Numbered from the stretch's first letter, positions 50,099 through 60,684 are shown. The stretch is 64,000 nt of DNA from Pseudomonadales bacterium (GCA_965659815.1 CBFHXO010000001.1:73368-137367); one strand, 5' to 3'. The notes: generated by a model from the sequence alone, not told the origin. Numbers and translations: made by a program.

Positions 50099-51484
50099 AT
50101 GATGACCAACGATACCATCGCCGCCATTGCTACCGCTTCAGGTAAAGGTGGTATTGGTATTGTGCGTCTATCAGGGCCAAAGGCACATAACATTGCAGAA
50201 CAGCTGATCGACCAACCCCTCACCCCCCGATACGCCACATACACAGCGTTTACCGATCAGAGTAAAATCAATATTGATTCAGGTATCGCGCTGTACTTCC
50301 CTGCACCCAATTCGTTTACCGGCCAAGATGTGGTTGAACTGCAGGGCCACGGTGGGGCAATTATTCTCGATTTATTACTCAATGAAGTGCTGCGACTAGG
50401 CGCCAGAATTGCCCGGCCGGGAGAATTTTCTGAGCGGGCGTTTATCAATAATAAAATCGATCTGGTACAGGCGGAAGCTATTGCCGATATTATTGAAAGT
50501 ACATCAGAAGCCGCGGCAAAATCTGCCGTGCGCTCGCTTAGTGGAGAGTTTTCTAAAAAAATAAACCAACTTAATGATGAGTTGATCAATTTGCGCGTAT
50601 ATGTAGAAGCCGCTATTGATTTTCCTGATGAAGATGTTGATTTTATCTCTGACCAAAAAATCGTTAACGCTTTAGATAATATTGAAAACAGCATTGAAAC
50701 TATTACCGCGCAAGCAAAACAAGGCCAATTAATTCGCGACGGTTTATCGTTAGTGATTGTAGGTAAACCCAACGCGGGTAAATCCAGCTTACTTAACTTG
50801 CTTGCAGGCCAGGATGTTGCCATTGTTAACGCGCGTGCTGGCACCACACGCGATATTCTACGTGAAGATATTCAGCTCGACGGTTTACCTTTGCGTATTA
50901 TCGACACCGCCGGTTTACGCAGTTCAGATGATGAAATTGAACAAGAAGGGATTCGCCGTGCAAAAGTTGAAATCGAGAAAGCCGATATTGTTTTGTTTAT
51001 GCGAGACAGTAGCGATACGATAGATCAGTTATCGGCGCAACAAACACTAAACGCTATTGAGAAAGAATTATTAAACAGCGAAATAACACTACTTAACAAC
51101 ACCGCTTTCGTCGTGGTTAATAATAAAATCGATTTATGCGATCAAGCACCACAACTTGGTAGTCACGATTTATATACTGAAATCAACCTAAGCACTAAAA
51201 CTCGCGAAGGCTTTGATGACCTCGTCAGCAGTTTAAAACAGCTGTGTGATTACACCAATAATAATGAAAATACATTTGTCGCACGTCGTCGTCATATCGA
51301 TGCATTAAATAAAACCCGGCAAAGTGTCGCCAACGGGCGTCAGCAGTTAATAGAAAATGCAGCCGGCGAACTGCTGGCAGAAGATTTACGTCAGGCTCAA
51401 TATCACCTGGGGTTAATTACTGGCGCCGTTAGCCCCGATGATTTATTAGGTGAGATTTTTTCCAGTTTTTGTATTGGTAAATAA
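50099..51484 (+). CDS. mnmE: tRNA modification GTPase MnmE
   Basis: N-terminal DTIAAIATASGKGGIGIVRLSG, G-domain motifs GKPNAGKSSLLN and DTAGLR, and a C-terminal CIGK. Confidence 0.96.
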   Translation: MMTNDTIAAIATASGKGGIGIVRLSGPKAHNIAEQLIDQPLTPRYATYTAFTDQSKINIDSGIALYFPAPNSFTGQDVVELQGHGGAIILDLLLNEVLRLGARIARPGEFSERAFINNKIDLVQAEAIADIIESTSEAAAKSAVRSLSGEFSKKINQLNDELINLRVYVEAAIDFPDEDVDFISDQKIVNALDNIENSIETITAQAKQGQLIRDGLSLVIVGKPNAGKSSLLNLLAGQDVAIVNARAGTTRDILREDIQLDGLPLRIIDTAGLRSSDDEIEQEGIRRAKVEIEKADIVLFMRDSSDTIDQLSAQQTLNAIEKELLNSEITLLNNTAFVVVNNKIDLCDQAPQLGSHDLYTEINLSTKTREGFDDLVSSLKQLCDYTNNNENTFVARRRHIDALNKTRQSVANGRQQLIENAAGELLAEDLRQAQYHLGLITGAVSPDDLLGEIFSSFCIGK

Positions 51485-51501
51485 CTGTATCGATAAGTCT
51501 G

Positions 51502-52056
51502 TTACGCAGCCTGCCATCTACGGGTATTCGATCGAAACCGCGCACGCAGATACTCCATCTGATCACCAATGATTTGCCGATTACTCAAATACATAAATTC
51601 ATAAATATTCGGTGTAAAGGGCACAGCCAATAATTCCATATTTGCCTGTTCGGGGGTTCTGCCACCTTTATGGTTATTGCAGCGCTGGCAGGCAGCCACA
51701 ACATTCTGCCAATGATTAGCGCCCCCCATTGATACCGGTATAACATGATCACGGGTTAGCAAACTGTCGGGAAATTGATTGCCGCAGTACATGCAAAAGT
51801 GATCATCACGGCGAAACAGGGTGCGATTAGATAGTGAAGGAGTAAGAACATGACGAGCGGTCTCGCCATCGCAGGCAATAATAGGCGGTAAACACAGCTC
51901 CGAGCGTTGGCCATGAATATTGTGGCCACCACGCAAGACAATACTCTTGTCTCCCAATGACCAGATAATTTGCTGCTTAACCGCAAGCGTTGCCGCCATT
52001 TCCTGGGTAACCCAGCTAACCGGCAGCCCCGCTTTATTTAAACGTAAAATTCTCAC
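51502..52056 (-). CDS. Free-standing HNH endonuclease
   Basis: HNH/beta-beta-alpha-metal core with two CxxC pairs: CMYCGNQF...DHVIPVSMGGANHWQNVVAACQRCNNHKG. I do not recognise the ~85-aa N-terminal domain. GTG start. It is the only minus-strand gene in the rpmH-atpD block. Confidence 0.8.
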   Translation of the reverse strand: MRILRLNKAGLPVSWVTQEMAATLAVKQQIIWSLGDKSIVLRGGHNIHGQRSELCLPPIIACDGETARHVLTPSLSNRTLFRRDDHFCMYCGNQFPDSLLTRDHVIPVSMGGANHWQNVVAACQRCNNHKGGRTPEQANMELLAVPFTPNIYEFMYLSNRQIIGDQMEYLRARFRSNTRRWQAA

Positions 52057-52361
52057 TGCTAACCGCTTCCCTTTTTAAACGCTCGTATCCAACATGCCTC
52101 GATGCTGTTATCGAGCCGGGTTAAATGATTGTATAAGTGACAGTTTTCATTTTTATCTTCAATATCAATAACTTAACTTTGTTAATATCGTAGATTCAAT
52201 CGTATTTTCAACCTCAAATCAAAATTACGCTTACCATTGACTTCGGTATTAACATTGCCATCAATAAATGAATCATTTCTAAACTTATGCTGCTTGGCTT
52301 AAATTACCTTACTCATACCCTGTTCACAAGCGTTGTACTAACTGTGGGTATCTGTAAATCT

Positions 52362-52370
52362 TATCCACGA
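52362..52370 (+). promoter_or_regulatory. DnaA-box-like sequence upstream of mnmG
   Basis: TTATCCACG has 1 mismatch to the consensus. Weaker relatives nearby are TGTGGGTAT at 52344-52352 and CTGTTCACA at 52321-52329. Confidence 0.3.
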
Positions 52371-52713
52371 TTATTAGAGCTTGAACGAGACCGTGGCAAA
52401 GTTCAGCTTTTTTATAGCCAGCTTGAACCCAGCTTAACCGGATTTTATTCAAGGGGTTTTAAATACGCTAAACAGTTGAATTTTATATAAAATAATAGAG
52501 TTCCCACAGATTCGCAAAAGCTAATAGTTACTATATTAAGAAATATAAGTATCTTTATAAGAAAGATAATATATACATAGATAAGTAAAAACTCAGAGCT
52601 CAATGAAAAACAAAAGGTCAAATCAAAAGCCTGTTATTAGCGAATATTAGTGGTATATTGCGCGGCCGTTTTGACAGGCAAGACCATAAACCCTGCAGCG
52701 CAGGTTCAAAGCA

Positions 52714-54609
52714 ATGAATTATCCAGATAAATTTGACGTCATAGTAATCGGTGGTGGCCATGCAGGTACCGAAGCCGCACTGGCTGCTGCGCGCATGGGT
52801 AGTCAGGTTTTATTGCTAAGTCACAATATCGAGACTTTGGGTCAAATGTCCTGTAACCCGGCCATTGGCGGTATTGGTAAAAGCCATCTGGTCAAAGAAG
52901 TTGATGCACTTGGCGGTGCTATGGCGCTGGCTGCCGATCGCGGCGGTATACAGTTTCGGATTCTCAATGCTCGCAAAGGGCCGGCCGTAAGAGCAACCCG
53001 TGCACAGGCTGATCGCGTATTATACAAAGCAGCGATTCGCGGTATTTTAGAAAACCAGCCAAACCTGACCCTATTCCAGGCCTCTGTCGACGATTTGATT
53101 ATCGATGAAAGCGGCAATAAACCCGCAATAGCCGGCGTTATTACCAATATTGGCGTCAAGTTTCAGGCTCGATCGGTGGTGCTAGCTGCTGGCACATTTC
53201 TTGGTGGCAAAATTCATATTGGTTTAGATCATCATTCGGGTGGCCGTGCCGGCGACCCGCCGTCGATAGCATTGGCCGATCGGCTGCGTGAACTGCCATT
53301 TCGTGTCGACCGGTTAAAGACCGGAACGCCGCCACGCATCGATGCTAAAACCGTTGACTTCTCTGAGCTGCAAGAACAAAAAGGTGATACCCCACTACCG
53401 GTGATGTCATTTTTAGGTGAAGTGAGTGATCACCCACGCCAGGTCAGTTGCTATATCACGCATACCAATGAGCGCACGCATCAAATTATTAGCGAAGGCT
53501 TAGACCGCTCGCCCATGTATACCGGTGTGATCGAAGGTACCGGGCCGCGCTACTGTCCATCGATTGAAGATAAAATTCATCGTTTTGCCGATAAAACCTC
53601 GCACCAGATCTTTATTGAGCCGGAGGGGCTAAATACCCACGAGCTCTACCCTAACGGCATCTCCACCAGCCTGCCCTTTGATATCCAGATGCGTATGGTC
53701 AGGAGTATCAAGGGTTTCGAATCAGCCCATATGACACGCGCTGGCTATGCCATTGAGTACGATTTTTTCGACCCGCGCGATCTAACGCCTGGGCTTGAAA
53801 CTCGGTTTATTGATGGTTTGTTTTTCTGTGGTCAAATCAACGGCACAACCGGTTACGAAGAAGCGGCCGCCCAAGGGCTGCTGGCCGGTGCAAATGCATC
53901 ACTAAAAATTCAGCAAAAAGACCCCTGGTGTCCGGGTCGCGAACAAGCTTACACTGGTGTGATGGTCGACGATTTAATTACCCTGGGTACCCAGGAGCCG
54001 TATCGCATGTTTACCAGCCGGGCAGAATATCGACTCACCTTGCGTGAAGATAACGCCGATTTACGGCTTACCGAAATTGGCCGTGAGCTGGGTTTGGTTG
54101 ATGAACAGCGCTGGCGAGCGTTTAGCGAAAAGCAGGAAATTATTGCGCGCGAGCAACAACGCCTGGCCACTACCTGGATTCAGGCAGACTCAGCGGCCGC
54201 TAAAAAACTCAATAGCAAACTAAAAAATCCATTGAGTCATGAATACAATCTGGCCGACTTGCTAAAACGCCCGGAGCTAACCCTCGATGATATTGGCGAT
54301 GCTACTGGCACTCAAATTGCTCACCAACAAGCGCGTGAACAACTTGAAATTTCTGCCAAATACGCCGGCTATATCAACAGGCAAAAAGACGATATCGATA
54401 AACTGCGTCGCAATGAAGCAACGCTCATTCCTGCCGATTTTGACTTTACCAGGGTCTCAGGGTTAAGTAATGAAGTTGTTCAAAAACTGACCGATGCCAG
54501 GCCTGAAAATCTTGGCCGTGCCGGTCGGGTTCCCGGTGTGACGCCTGCGGCGATTTCGCTGTTGCTGGTGCATTTGAAAAAACTTGATCTTGCCCAAAAG
54601 GCTAGCTAG
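52714..54609 (+). CDS. mnmG: tRNA uridine 5-carboxymethylaminomethyl modification enzyme MnmG (GidA)
   Basis: FAD motif [15 protein letters not shown], 631 aa, with the conserved GidA core throughout. Confidence 0.97.
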   Translation: MNYPDKFDVIVIGGGHAGTEAALAAARMGSQVLLLSHNIETLGQMSCNPAIGGIGKSHLVKEVDALGGAMALAADRGGIQFRILNARKGPAVRATRAQADRVLYKAAIRGILENQPNLTLFQASVDDLIIDESGNKPAIAGVITNIGVKFQARSVVLAAGTFLGGKIHIGLDHHSGGRAGDPPSIALADRLRELPFRVDRLKTGTPPRIDAKTVDFSELQEQKGDTPLPVMSFLGEVSDHPRQVSCYITHTNERTHQIISEGLDRSPMYTGVIEGTGPRYCPSIEDKIHRFADKTSHQIFIEPEGLNTHELYPNGISTSLPFDIQMRMVRSIKGFESAHMTRAGYAIEYDFFDPRDLTPGLETRFIDGLFFCGQINGTTGYEEAAAQGLLAGANASLKIQQKDPWCPGREQAYTGVMVDDLITLGTQEPYRMFTSRAEYRLTLREDNADLRLTEIGRELGLVDEQRWRAFSEKQEIIAREQQRLATTWIQADSAAAKKLNSKLKNPLSHEYNLADLLKRPELTLDDIGDATGTQIAHQQAREQLEISAKYAGYINRQKDDIDKLRRNEATLIPADFDFTRVSGLSNEVVQKLTDARPENLGRAGRVPGVTPAAISLLLVHLKKLDLAQKAS

Positions 54610-54618
54610 CAATCGTCT

Positions 54619-55269
54619 ATGCTGAGCCCGGATTCTCACTGTTTACTTGCAGAGGGTGCAGCTGCGCTTGGTATTGCAATTAACCCGCAGCAGATCGAGC
54701 AGCTACACGACTTTAGCCAATTGATAGTGAAATGGAATAAAACTCATAACCTCACAGCTATCACTGAAATCAATGAAATACTCATTAAACATATTCTCGA
54801 TAGTTTGAGTTTGTCAGCGCATTTACCCAACGGGTCAATTTTAGATGTGGGCAGTGGAGCAGGTTTACCAGGCGTTCCTTTGTCGGTAGTAAATACTAAC
54901 AAACTATTTACATTAGTCGATAGTAGTGCCAAGCGTGTGGCATTTTTAAAAGAGGTTAGACGAAAGTTAGCGCTAACTAATATAACACCTGTTCATTCTC
55001 GGGTAGAGGACTTAACAGAACAAAGATTCGACATCATTACCTGCAGAGCATTTAGTTCGATCACTGACCTGGTGCAAAAAACTGAGCATTTGCTTACTGA
55101 GCAAGGCTGCTGGCTGGCGATGAAGGGGGTTTATCCTGAAACAGAAATCGATGAAATCAGGGCTTATTACACCATGAAAACCCCGGTTCGGCTGCAAGTG
55201 CCAGGGCTTGATGCAGAGCGACATCTTATTCAAATCAACCGCAAGCAGCTCGCCAACGGTGTGGGTTAG
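54619..55269 (+). CDS. rsmG: 16S rRNA (guanine527-N7)-methyltransferase RsmG (GidB)
   Basis: SAM motif LDVGSGAGLPGVPL and WNKTHNLTAI, downstream of mnmG. Confidence 0.94.
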   Translation: MLSPDSHCLLAEGAAALGIAINPQQIEQLHDFSQLIVKWNKTHNLTAITEINEILIKHILDSLSLSAHLPNGSILDVGSGAGLPGVPLSVVNTNKLFTLVDSSAKRVAFLKEVRRKLALTNITPVHSRVEDLTEQRFDIITCRAFSSITDLVQKTEHLLTEQGCWLAMKGVYPETEIDEIRAYYTMKTPVRLQVPGLDAERHLIQINRKQLANGVG

Positions 55270-55426
55270 CGGCGTGAAAAAACAAAAAGATCCATTTTCA
55301 GCTGGTGTTTTTTCCCACAAAGCATTGATAATGGTAACTCCTAAAACACCAGCGCAGAGGCCAGGTTTTCAAGGTTAAACCTAACTGATTAGCTGGCACG
55401 ATAAAAAACAATTCACGGAATTCAAC

Positions 55427-56305
55427 TTGGCGAGAATTTTTGCAATCACCAACCAGAAAGGGGGAGTGGGTAAAACCACCACCACGGTGAATCTGGCAGC
55501 GTCGCTGGCGGCAACCCGCAAGCGGGTATTGCTGGTTGATTTGGATCCACAGGGCAACGCCACCATGGGTAGCGGGGTCGACAAAAACGATTGCGACTAC
55601 ACGCTGTATGATTTACTGGTCGACGAAGCGAATCTTTCACAGGTGCTGAAAACCAGTGAAGCCGGAAAATACGATTTGCTGCCATCGAATGCAGATCTGA
55701 CAGCCGCTGAAGTTCAGCTGCTCGGCGTCGACAACAAAGAGTTTATCCTGTCGAATGTGCTGCGCTCGGTCGACGAGCATTACGGTTTTATTCTGATTGA
55801 CTGCCCACCTTCGCTAAGCATGCTAACGGTCAATGCACTGGCTGCCGCCGATAGCGTGATTGTACCGATTCAATGTGAGTACTATGCGCTGGAGGGTTTA
55901 TCGGCGTTAATGAATACCATTGCCAGAGTTGCAGACACGGTAAACCCGGATATCACCATTGAAGGTTTGCTGCGTACCATGTATGACCCGCGTAATAGTT
56001 TGACCCGCGATGTCTCCGACCAGTTAATGCAGCATTTTGGCGAACGGGTGTATCGCACGGTAATTCCACGCAATGTTCGTCTGGCTGAAGCTCCTAGTCA
56101 TGGTGAGCCCGTACTCGCTTATGACCGCCAATCCAAAGGTGCTATTGCCTACCTGGCGCTGGCCGGTGAATTGCTGCGTCGCGAGGATGAGCGCAACGTA
56201 TCAGCGGATTCGCATAGCAATACCGACACCAATACCGACACCACCACCACCGATAGTGCAGTTAAAGGTTCTGAGCATTCGTCGGCAACTGAATATCAAG
56301 GCTAA
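55427..56305 (+). CDS. parA: Chromosome partitioning ATPase ParA (Soj)
   Basis: ARIFAITNQKGGVGKTTT deviant Walker A. The TTG start aligns exactly with the usual MAK(V/I)FAI N-terminus. A ~34-aa S/T/D/N-rich tail is added. Confidence 0.94.
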   Translation: MARIFAITNQKGGVGKTTTTVNLAASLAATRKRVLLVDLDPQGNATMGSGVDKNDCDYTLYDLLVDEANLSQVLKTSEAGKYDLLPSNADLTAAEVQLLGVDNKEFILSNVLRSVDEHYGFILIDCPPSLSMLTVNALAAADSVIVPIQCEYYALEGLSALMNTIARVADTVNPDITIEGLLRTMYDPRNSLTRDVSDQLMQHFGERVYRTVIPRNVRLAEAPSHGEPVLAYDRQSKGAIAYLALAGELLRREDERNVSADSHSNTDTNTDTTTTDSAVKGSEHSSATEYQG

Positions 56306-56318
56306 GGCATAAAACATC

Positions 56319-57488
56319 ATGGCATCAAAAAAGAAAGGTTTGGGTAAAGGTTTAGATGCATTGCTAGGTGATGCTTTTGCCTCGGCAGCAAAAACGCGAA
56401 AAATCAATCAGGCCGATGCCCAGGCATTTGCACCGACCAAGAGCGCGCCTGCAAAAACAAAAGCGCGCCGATCCAGCGGATTAAGTGGTGAACTCGAGGC
56501 GCTTAATGGCAACTCCGACATTAATTCATCAGAAAAACCTGTTTTAAAAAAACCAAAACTGGCTGAATCCGAAGCGCTTACCAGCACAGAAATCGACTTG
56601 GTCAATGGTACGGTTAACCCCTACAAAGCAACCGGTGAAAACACAGCCGCGCCAACAGGTGATAATCGCCTGCCGGCACTAAAGGCCAATGCGCTTATCG
56701 AAATTCCGGTCGAGCTATGCCAGCGAGGCAAATACCAACCGCGCCGCGATATTGATAGCGAAGCACTCGAAGAGCTCGCTGCATCTATTGCGCAACAAGG
56801 GGTAATGCAACCGATTATTCTTCGCGCGCTGGCCGAAGAGCTTGTCAAGCCCGGCCAGCCTGGCTACGAAATTATTGCCGGTGAGCGACGCTGGCGCGCC
56901 GCCCAACTTGCCGGGCTTAGCGCTGTGCCTGCCATTATCAAGGAAGTCCCCGATGAAGCTGCGATGGCAATGGCATTGGTTGAAAACCTGCAGCGTGAAG
57001 ACCTCAACCCGATGGAAGAGGCCTATGCGCTGTCGCGCCTGAATCAGGAGTTTGAATTAACCCACCAGCAAGTGGCTGATATCGTAGGTAAATCGCGAGC
57101 TGCCGTATCCAATAGTTTGCGCTTAATGAGCCTGCATAAGGATGTGAAAGTGTTGCTTGAGCATGGTGATATTGAAATGGGTCACGCCCGTGCATTGCTG
57201 GGCCTGGCATCTGCCGACCAGTCCGAAGCGGCTAAAGAAGTGGTCAACCGAGGTTTAACCGTACGTCAGACCGAGGCGCTGGTTAAAAATCGCCTGTCGC
57301 CCAAAGCGGCCAAACAGGCGGCGGCAGACCTGGTAAATGACCCAAATATCAGTCGTTTACAAAACGACCTCTCCGATAAACTGGGCGTGCCTGTCGCCTT
57401 GAAGCACGGCGCGAACGGCCGCGGAAAAGTCATTCTGAAGTACAACAGCCTCGACGAGCTCGACGGCATTCTCAGTCATATCAAATAA
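56319..57488 (+). CDS. parB: Chromosome partitioning protein ParB (Spo0J)
   Basis: N-terminal KKGLGKGLDALLG peptide, ParB box IIAGERRWRAAQLAG, and an HTH (THQQVADIVGKSRAAVSN). It carries a ~100-aa low-complexity insertion after the N-terminal peptide. Confidence 0.94.
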   Translation: MASKKKGLGKGLDALLGDAFASAAKTRKINQADAQAFAPTKSAPAKTKARRSSGLSGELEALNGNSDINSSEKPVLKKPKLAESEALTSTEIDLVNGTVNPYKATGENTAAPTGDNRLPALKANALIEIPVELCQRGKYQPRRDIDSEALEELAASIAQQGVMQPIILRALAEELVKPGQPGYEIIAGERRWRAAQLAGLSAVPAIIKEVPDEAAMAMALVENLQREDLNPMEEAYALSRLNQEFELTHQQVADIVGKSRAAVSNSLRLMSLHKDVKVLLEHGDIEMGHARALLGLASADQSEAAKEVVNRGLTVRQTEALVKNRLSPKAAKQAAADLVNDPNISRLQNDLSDKLGVPVALKHGANGRGKVILKYNSLDELDGILSHIK

Positions 57489-57540
57489 GCAACCGCCGCA
57501 TCTGGGTAGGGCTCACTACCCACTAACACTTCTACTTGTC

Positions 57541-57562
57541 GGGGCCGAGCTGCCCCTTATTT
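57541..57562 (+). terminator. Possible intrinsic terminator after parB
   Basis: GGGGC (57541-57545), a 6-nt loop, GCCCC (57552-57556), then TTATTT. The stem is short and the U-tract interrupted. Confidence 0.35.
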
Positions 57563-57633
57563 GCGATCAATGTAGCTATGTGCAGCTATAAGAAATAAAA
57601 AAAGTGAAAAACAGACATTGGCCGGTTTGTTGG

Positions 57634-57662
57634 TTGCTTCCCCACAGGTGATTACTTATAAT
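57634..57662 (+). promoter_or_regulatory. Candidate sigma70 promoter of the atp operon
   Basis: A perfect TATAAT at 57657-57662 lies 17 nt downstream of TTGCTT (57634-57639), about 150 nt upstream of atpI. Confidence 0.35.
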
Positions 57663-57778
57663 CCGCGCCGCTAAGATCGGGGGCTGATTGATCACCGTCA
57701 GGAATATACGGGTTTAGCACTATAAACCGCTTTAAACCGGTGTTTCCGCCGAGGTTTACCAGTGCCAAACGCCGCTCA

Positions 57779-57809
57779 ATTTGTAGCTCAACCCATTTGT
57801 AGCTCAACC
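57779..57809 (+). repeat. Perfect tandem duplication abutting the atpI start codon
   Basis: ATTTGTAGCTCAACC occurs at 57779-57793 and 57795-57809, a 16-bp period. The atpI ATG is at 57811. Confidence 0.9.
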
Positions 57810-57810
57810 G

Positions 57811-58233
57811 ATGGTTAAAACAGCCGCAATAAGCAAGCCCCCTCTACTCCGGTTGGTTTTATTGCAAATGCTTGCGACCACCCTGTTAATGCTGGCCATT
57901 GGCTGGTATCAACACTGGGATTGGTCTGTGCTGGCAGCCGCAATGACGGGCGGCCTAATAGCAACAACAACAGGGTGTTACTTTGCCTGGCGTGCGTTTT
58001 TGCACCCGGCTGAGGCAATAGGCCCAGAGCGCATGCTCGCCGATATGTTTCAGGCAGCTTTGCTCAGGGTAATGCTGGTAGGTTTGGCATTAGCAGTGGC
58101 GTTTAAGTGGGGTGACCATTTCGATAAGCCAGTGCTACTAGGCTCGTTTATCGTAATAAGCCTGTTTGGCGTGATTTGTAATAGCTTCCTATTGGGTGGG
58201 TTTGAGCAGTCTGAGTCAAACACGCAGTCGTAG
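57811..58233 (+). CDS. atpI: ATP synthase protein I
   Basis: 140-aa four-helix hydrophobic protein, first gene of the atp operon. Confidence 0.8.
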   Translation: MVKTAAISKPPLLRLVLLQMLATTLLMLAIGWYQHWDWSVLAAAMTGGLIATTTGCYFAWRAFLHPAEAIGPERMLADMFQAALLRVMLVGLALAVAFKWGDHFDKPVLLGSFIVISLFGVICNSFLLGGFEQSESNTQS

Positions 58234-58294
58234 AGTAGAGAAGTACAGTTTACTTGGTTTTTGCATCTGGCTAATCCAGGTGCCATCAATATAG

Positions 58295-59194
<900 letters not shown>

Positions 59195-59266
59195 CTCAAA
59201 GACATTTTTAAGCTTTATTTTTACGTTACTTACTTTTTAAGACACTGGCTACGGCCAAACATTTAA

Positions 59267-59503
<237 letters not shown>

Positions 59504-59661
59504 GACCGATCGGTAGATAGTGGTTAGTCGTTTAATCGCGACGCCGTTTTACCTTAAAAGGGTTTAAACGGATAAAACCACGAAAATATCAAACCGGTGG
59601 CAAGGCTGTTGCGAGTCAACGTGCTTCTAAGTCCACCACTAAATAGAAAAAGGGTATTGCA

Positions 59662-60132
59662 GTGAATATTAATCTCACATTGCTTGCGCAGTTAATCAGC
59701 TTTGCGATCTTCGTGTGGTTTTGCCGAAAGCAAGTATGGCCACCCATTATTGCGATGATGGAAGAGCGTCAAAAGCAAATCGCCGATGGTCTGAACGCTG
59801 CTGAAAAAGCCGGCCAGGACCTTGAGCAGGCTCAGCAGGAAGTTGCCCAGCAATTAGCTGAAGCAAAAACGCAGGCCAGCCAAATTCTTGACCAGGCTAA
59901 CAAGCGCGCCGCGCAAATTGTTGACGAAGCCAAAGAGCAAGCAGTTGCCGAAGGCCAACGCCTGAAAGATGCAGCACAGTCTGATATCGACCAGGAGGTC
60001 AATCGCGCGAAAGAACAGCTTCGTTCGCAAGTTGCCTCACTGGCACTGGTTGGCGCTGAAAAAATTCTCCAGGCCGAAATCGACGCCAACGCGCATCGCG
60101 ATATTGTCGACAAACTGGCAGCAAACCTGTAA
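59662..60132 (+). CDS. atpF: F0F1 ATP synthase subunit b
   Basis: GTG start giving MNINLTLLAQLISFAIFVWFC, followed by a long charged helix. Confidence 0.94.
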   Translation: MNINLTLLAQLISFAIFVWFCRKQVWPPIIAMMEERQKQIADGLNAAEKAGQDLEQAQQEVAQQLAEAKTQASQILDQANKRAAQIVDEAKEQAVAEGQRLKDAAQSDIDQEVNRAKEQLRSQVASLALVGAEKILQAEIDANAHRDIVDKLAANL

Positions 60133-60147
60133 GGCGGGAAATAATCC

Positions 60148-60684
60148 ATGGCTGAACTGAGAACACTTGCCCGACCCTATGCAAAAGCGGCTTTTCAAGT
60201 TGCCTGCGATGCAAACGGCGTGCAGTCCTGGGCTGACCAGCTGTCAACACTCGGCGCTATTTGCGCAGAGTCTCGCGTTGCCAGCATGGTGGGTTCATCG
60301 ACAATTGCCGCTAACGAACAGGTTGCCACGCTGGTGAAGCTTGGCGGTGGCGAGTTAGACAAACCGGTAGAAAACTTTTTGCATATTTTATCTGAGAACA
60401 AGCGGCTGCCATTGTTACCTGCAATTGCAGAACTGTTTGCTGAGTTAAAAGCCAACCATGAAAAATCGGTTGAGGTAAATATTAGCAGCGCGTTTGAGCT
60501 CGATGAAGGCGTTGAGGCAAAACTCAGTCAGGCTTTAAAAGATAAACTGCAACGCGATATTAAGGTGAATACCGAAGTCGATAGCGATTTGTTAGGTGGT
60601 GTGCTGATTCGCGCTGGCGACATTGTTATCGATGGCTCTATCAAAGGTCGGCTGGCTAAATTATCCGAGGCCATGTCCTTATAA
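60148..60684 (+). CDS. atpH: F0F1 ATP synthase subunit delta
   Basis: N-terminal LARPYAKAAF, C-terminal GGVLIRAGDIVIDGSIKGRL. Confidence 0.95.
   Translation: MAELRTLARPYAKAAFQVACDANGVQSWADQLSTLGAICAESRVASMVGSSTIAANEQVATLVKLGGGELDKPVENFLHILSENKRLPLLPAIAELFAELKANHEKSVEVNISSAFELDEGVEAKLSQALKDKLQRDIKVNTEVDSDLLGGVLIRAGDIVIDGSIKGRLAKLSEAMSL

Noticed and set aside
50257-50847. 196-aa minus-strand ORF
   Set aside because: It is fully nested antisense in mnmE, and its low-complexity Ser/Ile/Leu composition carries no recognisable motif.
52287-52490. 67-aa ORF in the mnmG upstream spacer
   Set aside because: It sits in AT-rich non-coding-looking DNA that covers the DnaA-box-like cluster, and it has no SD or recognisable features.
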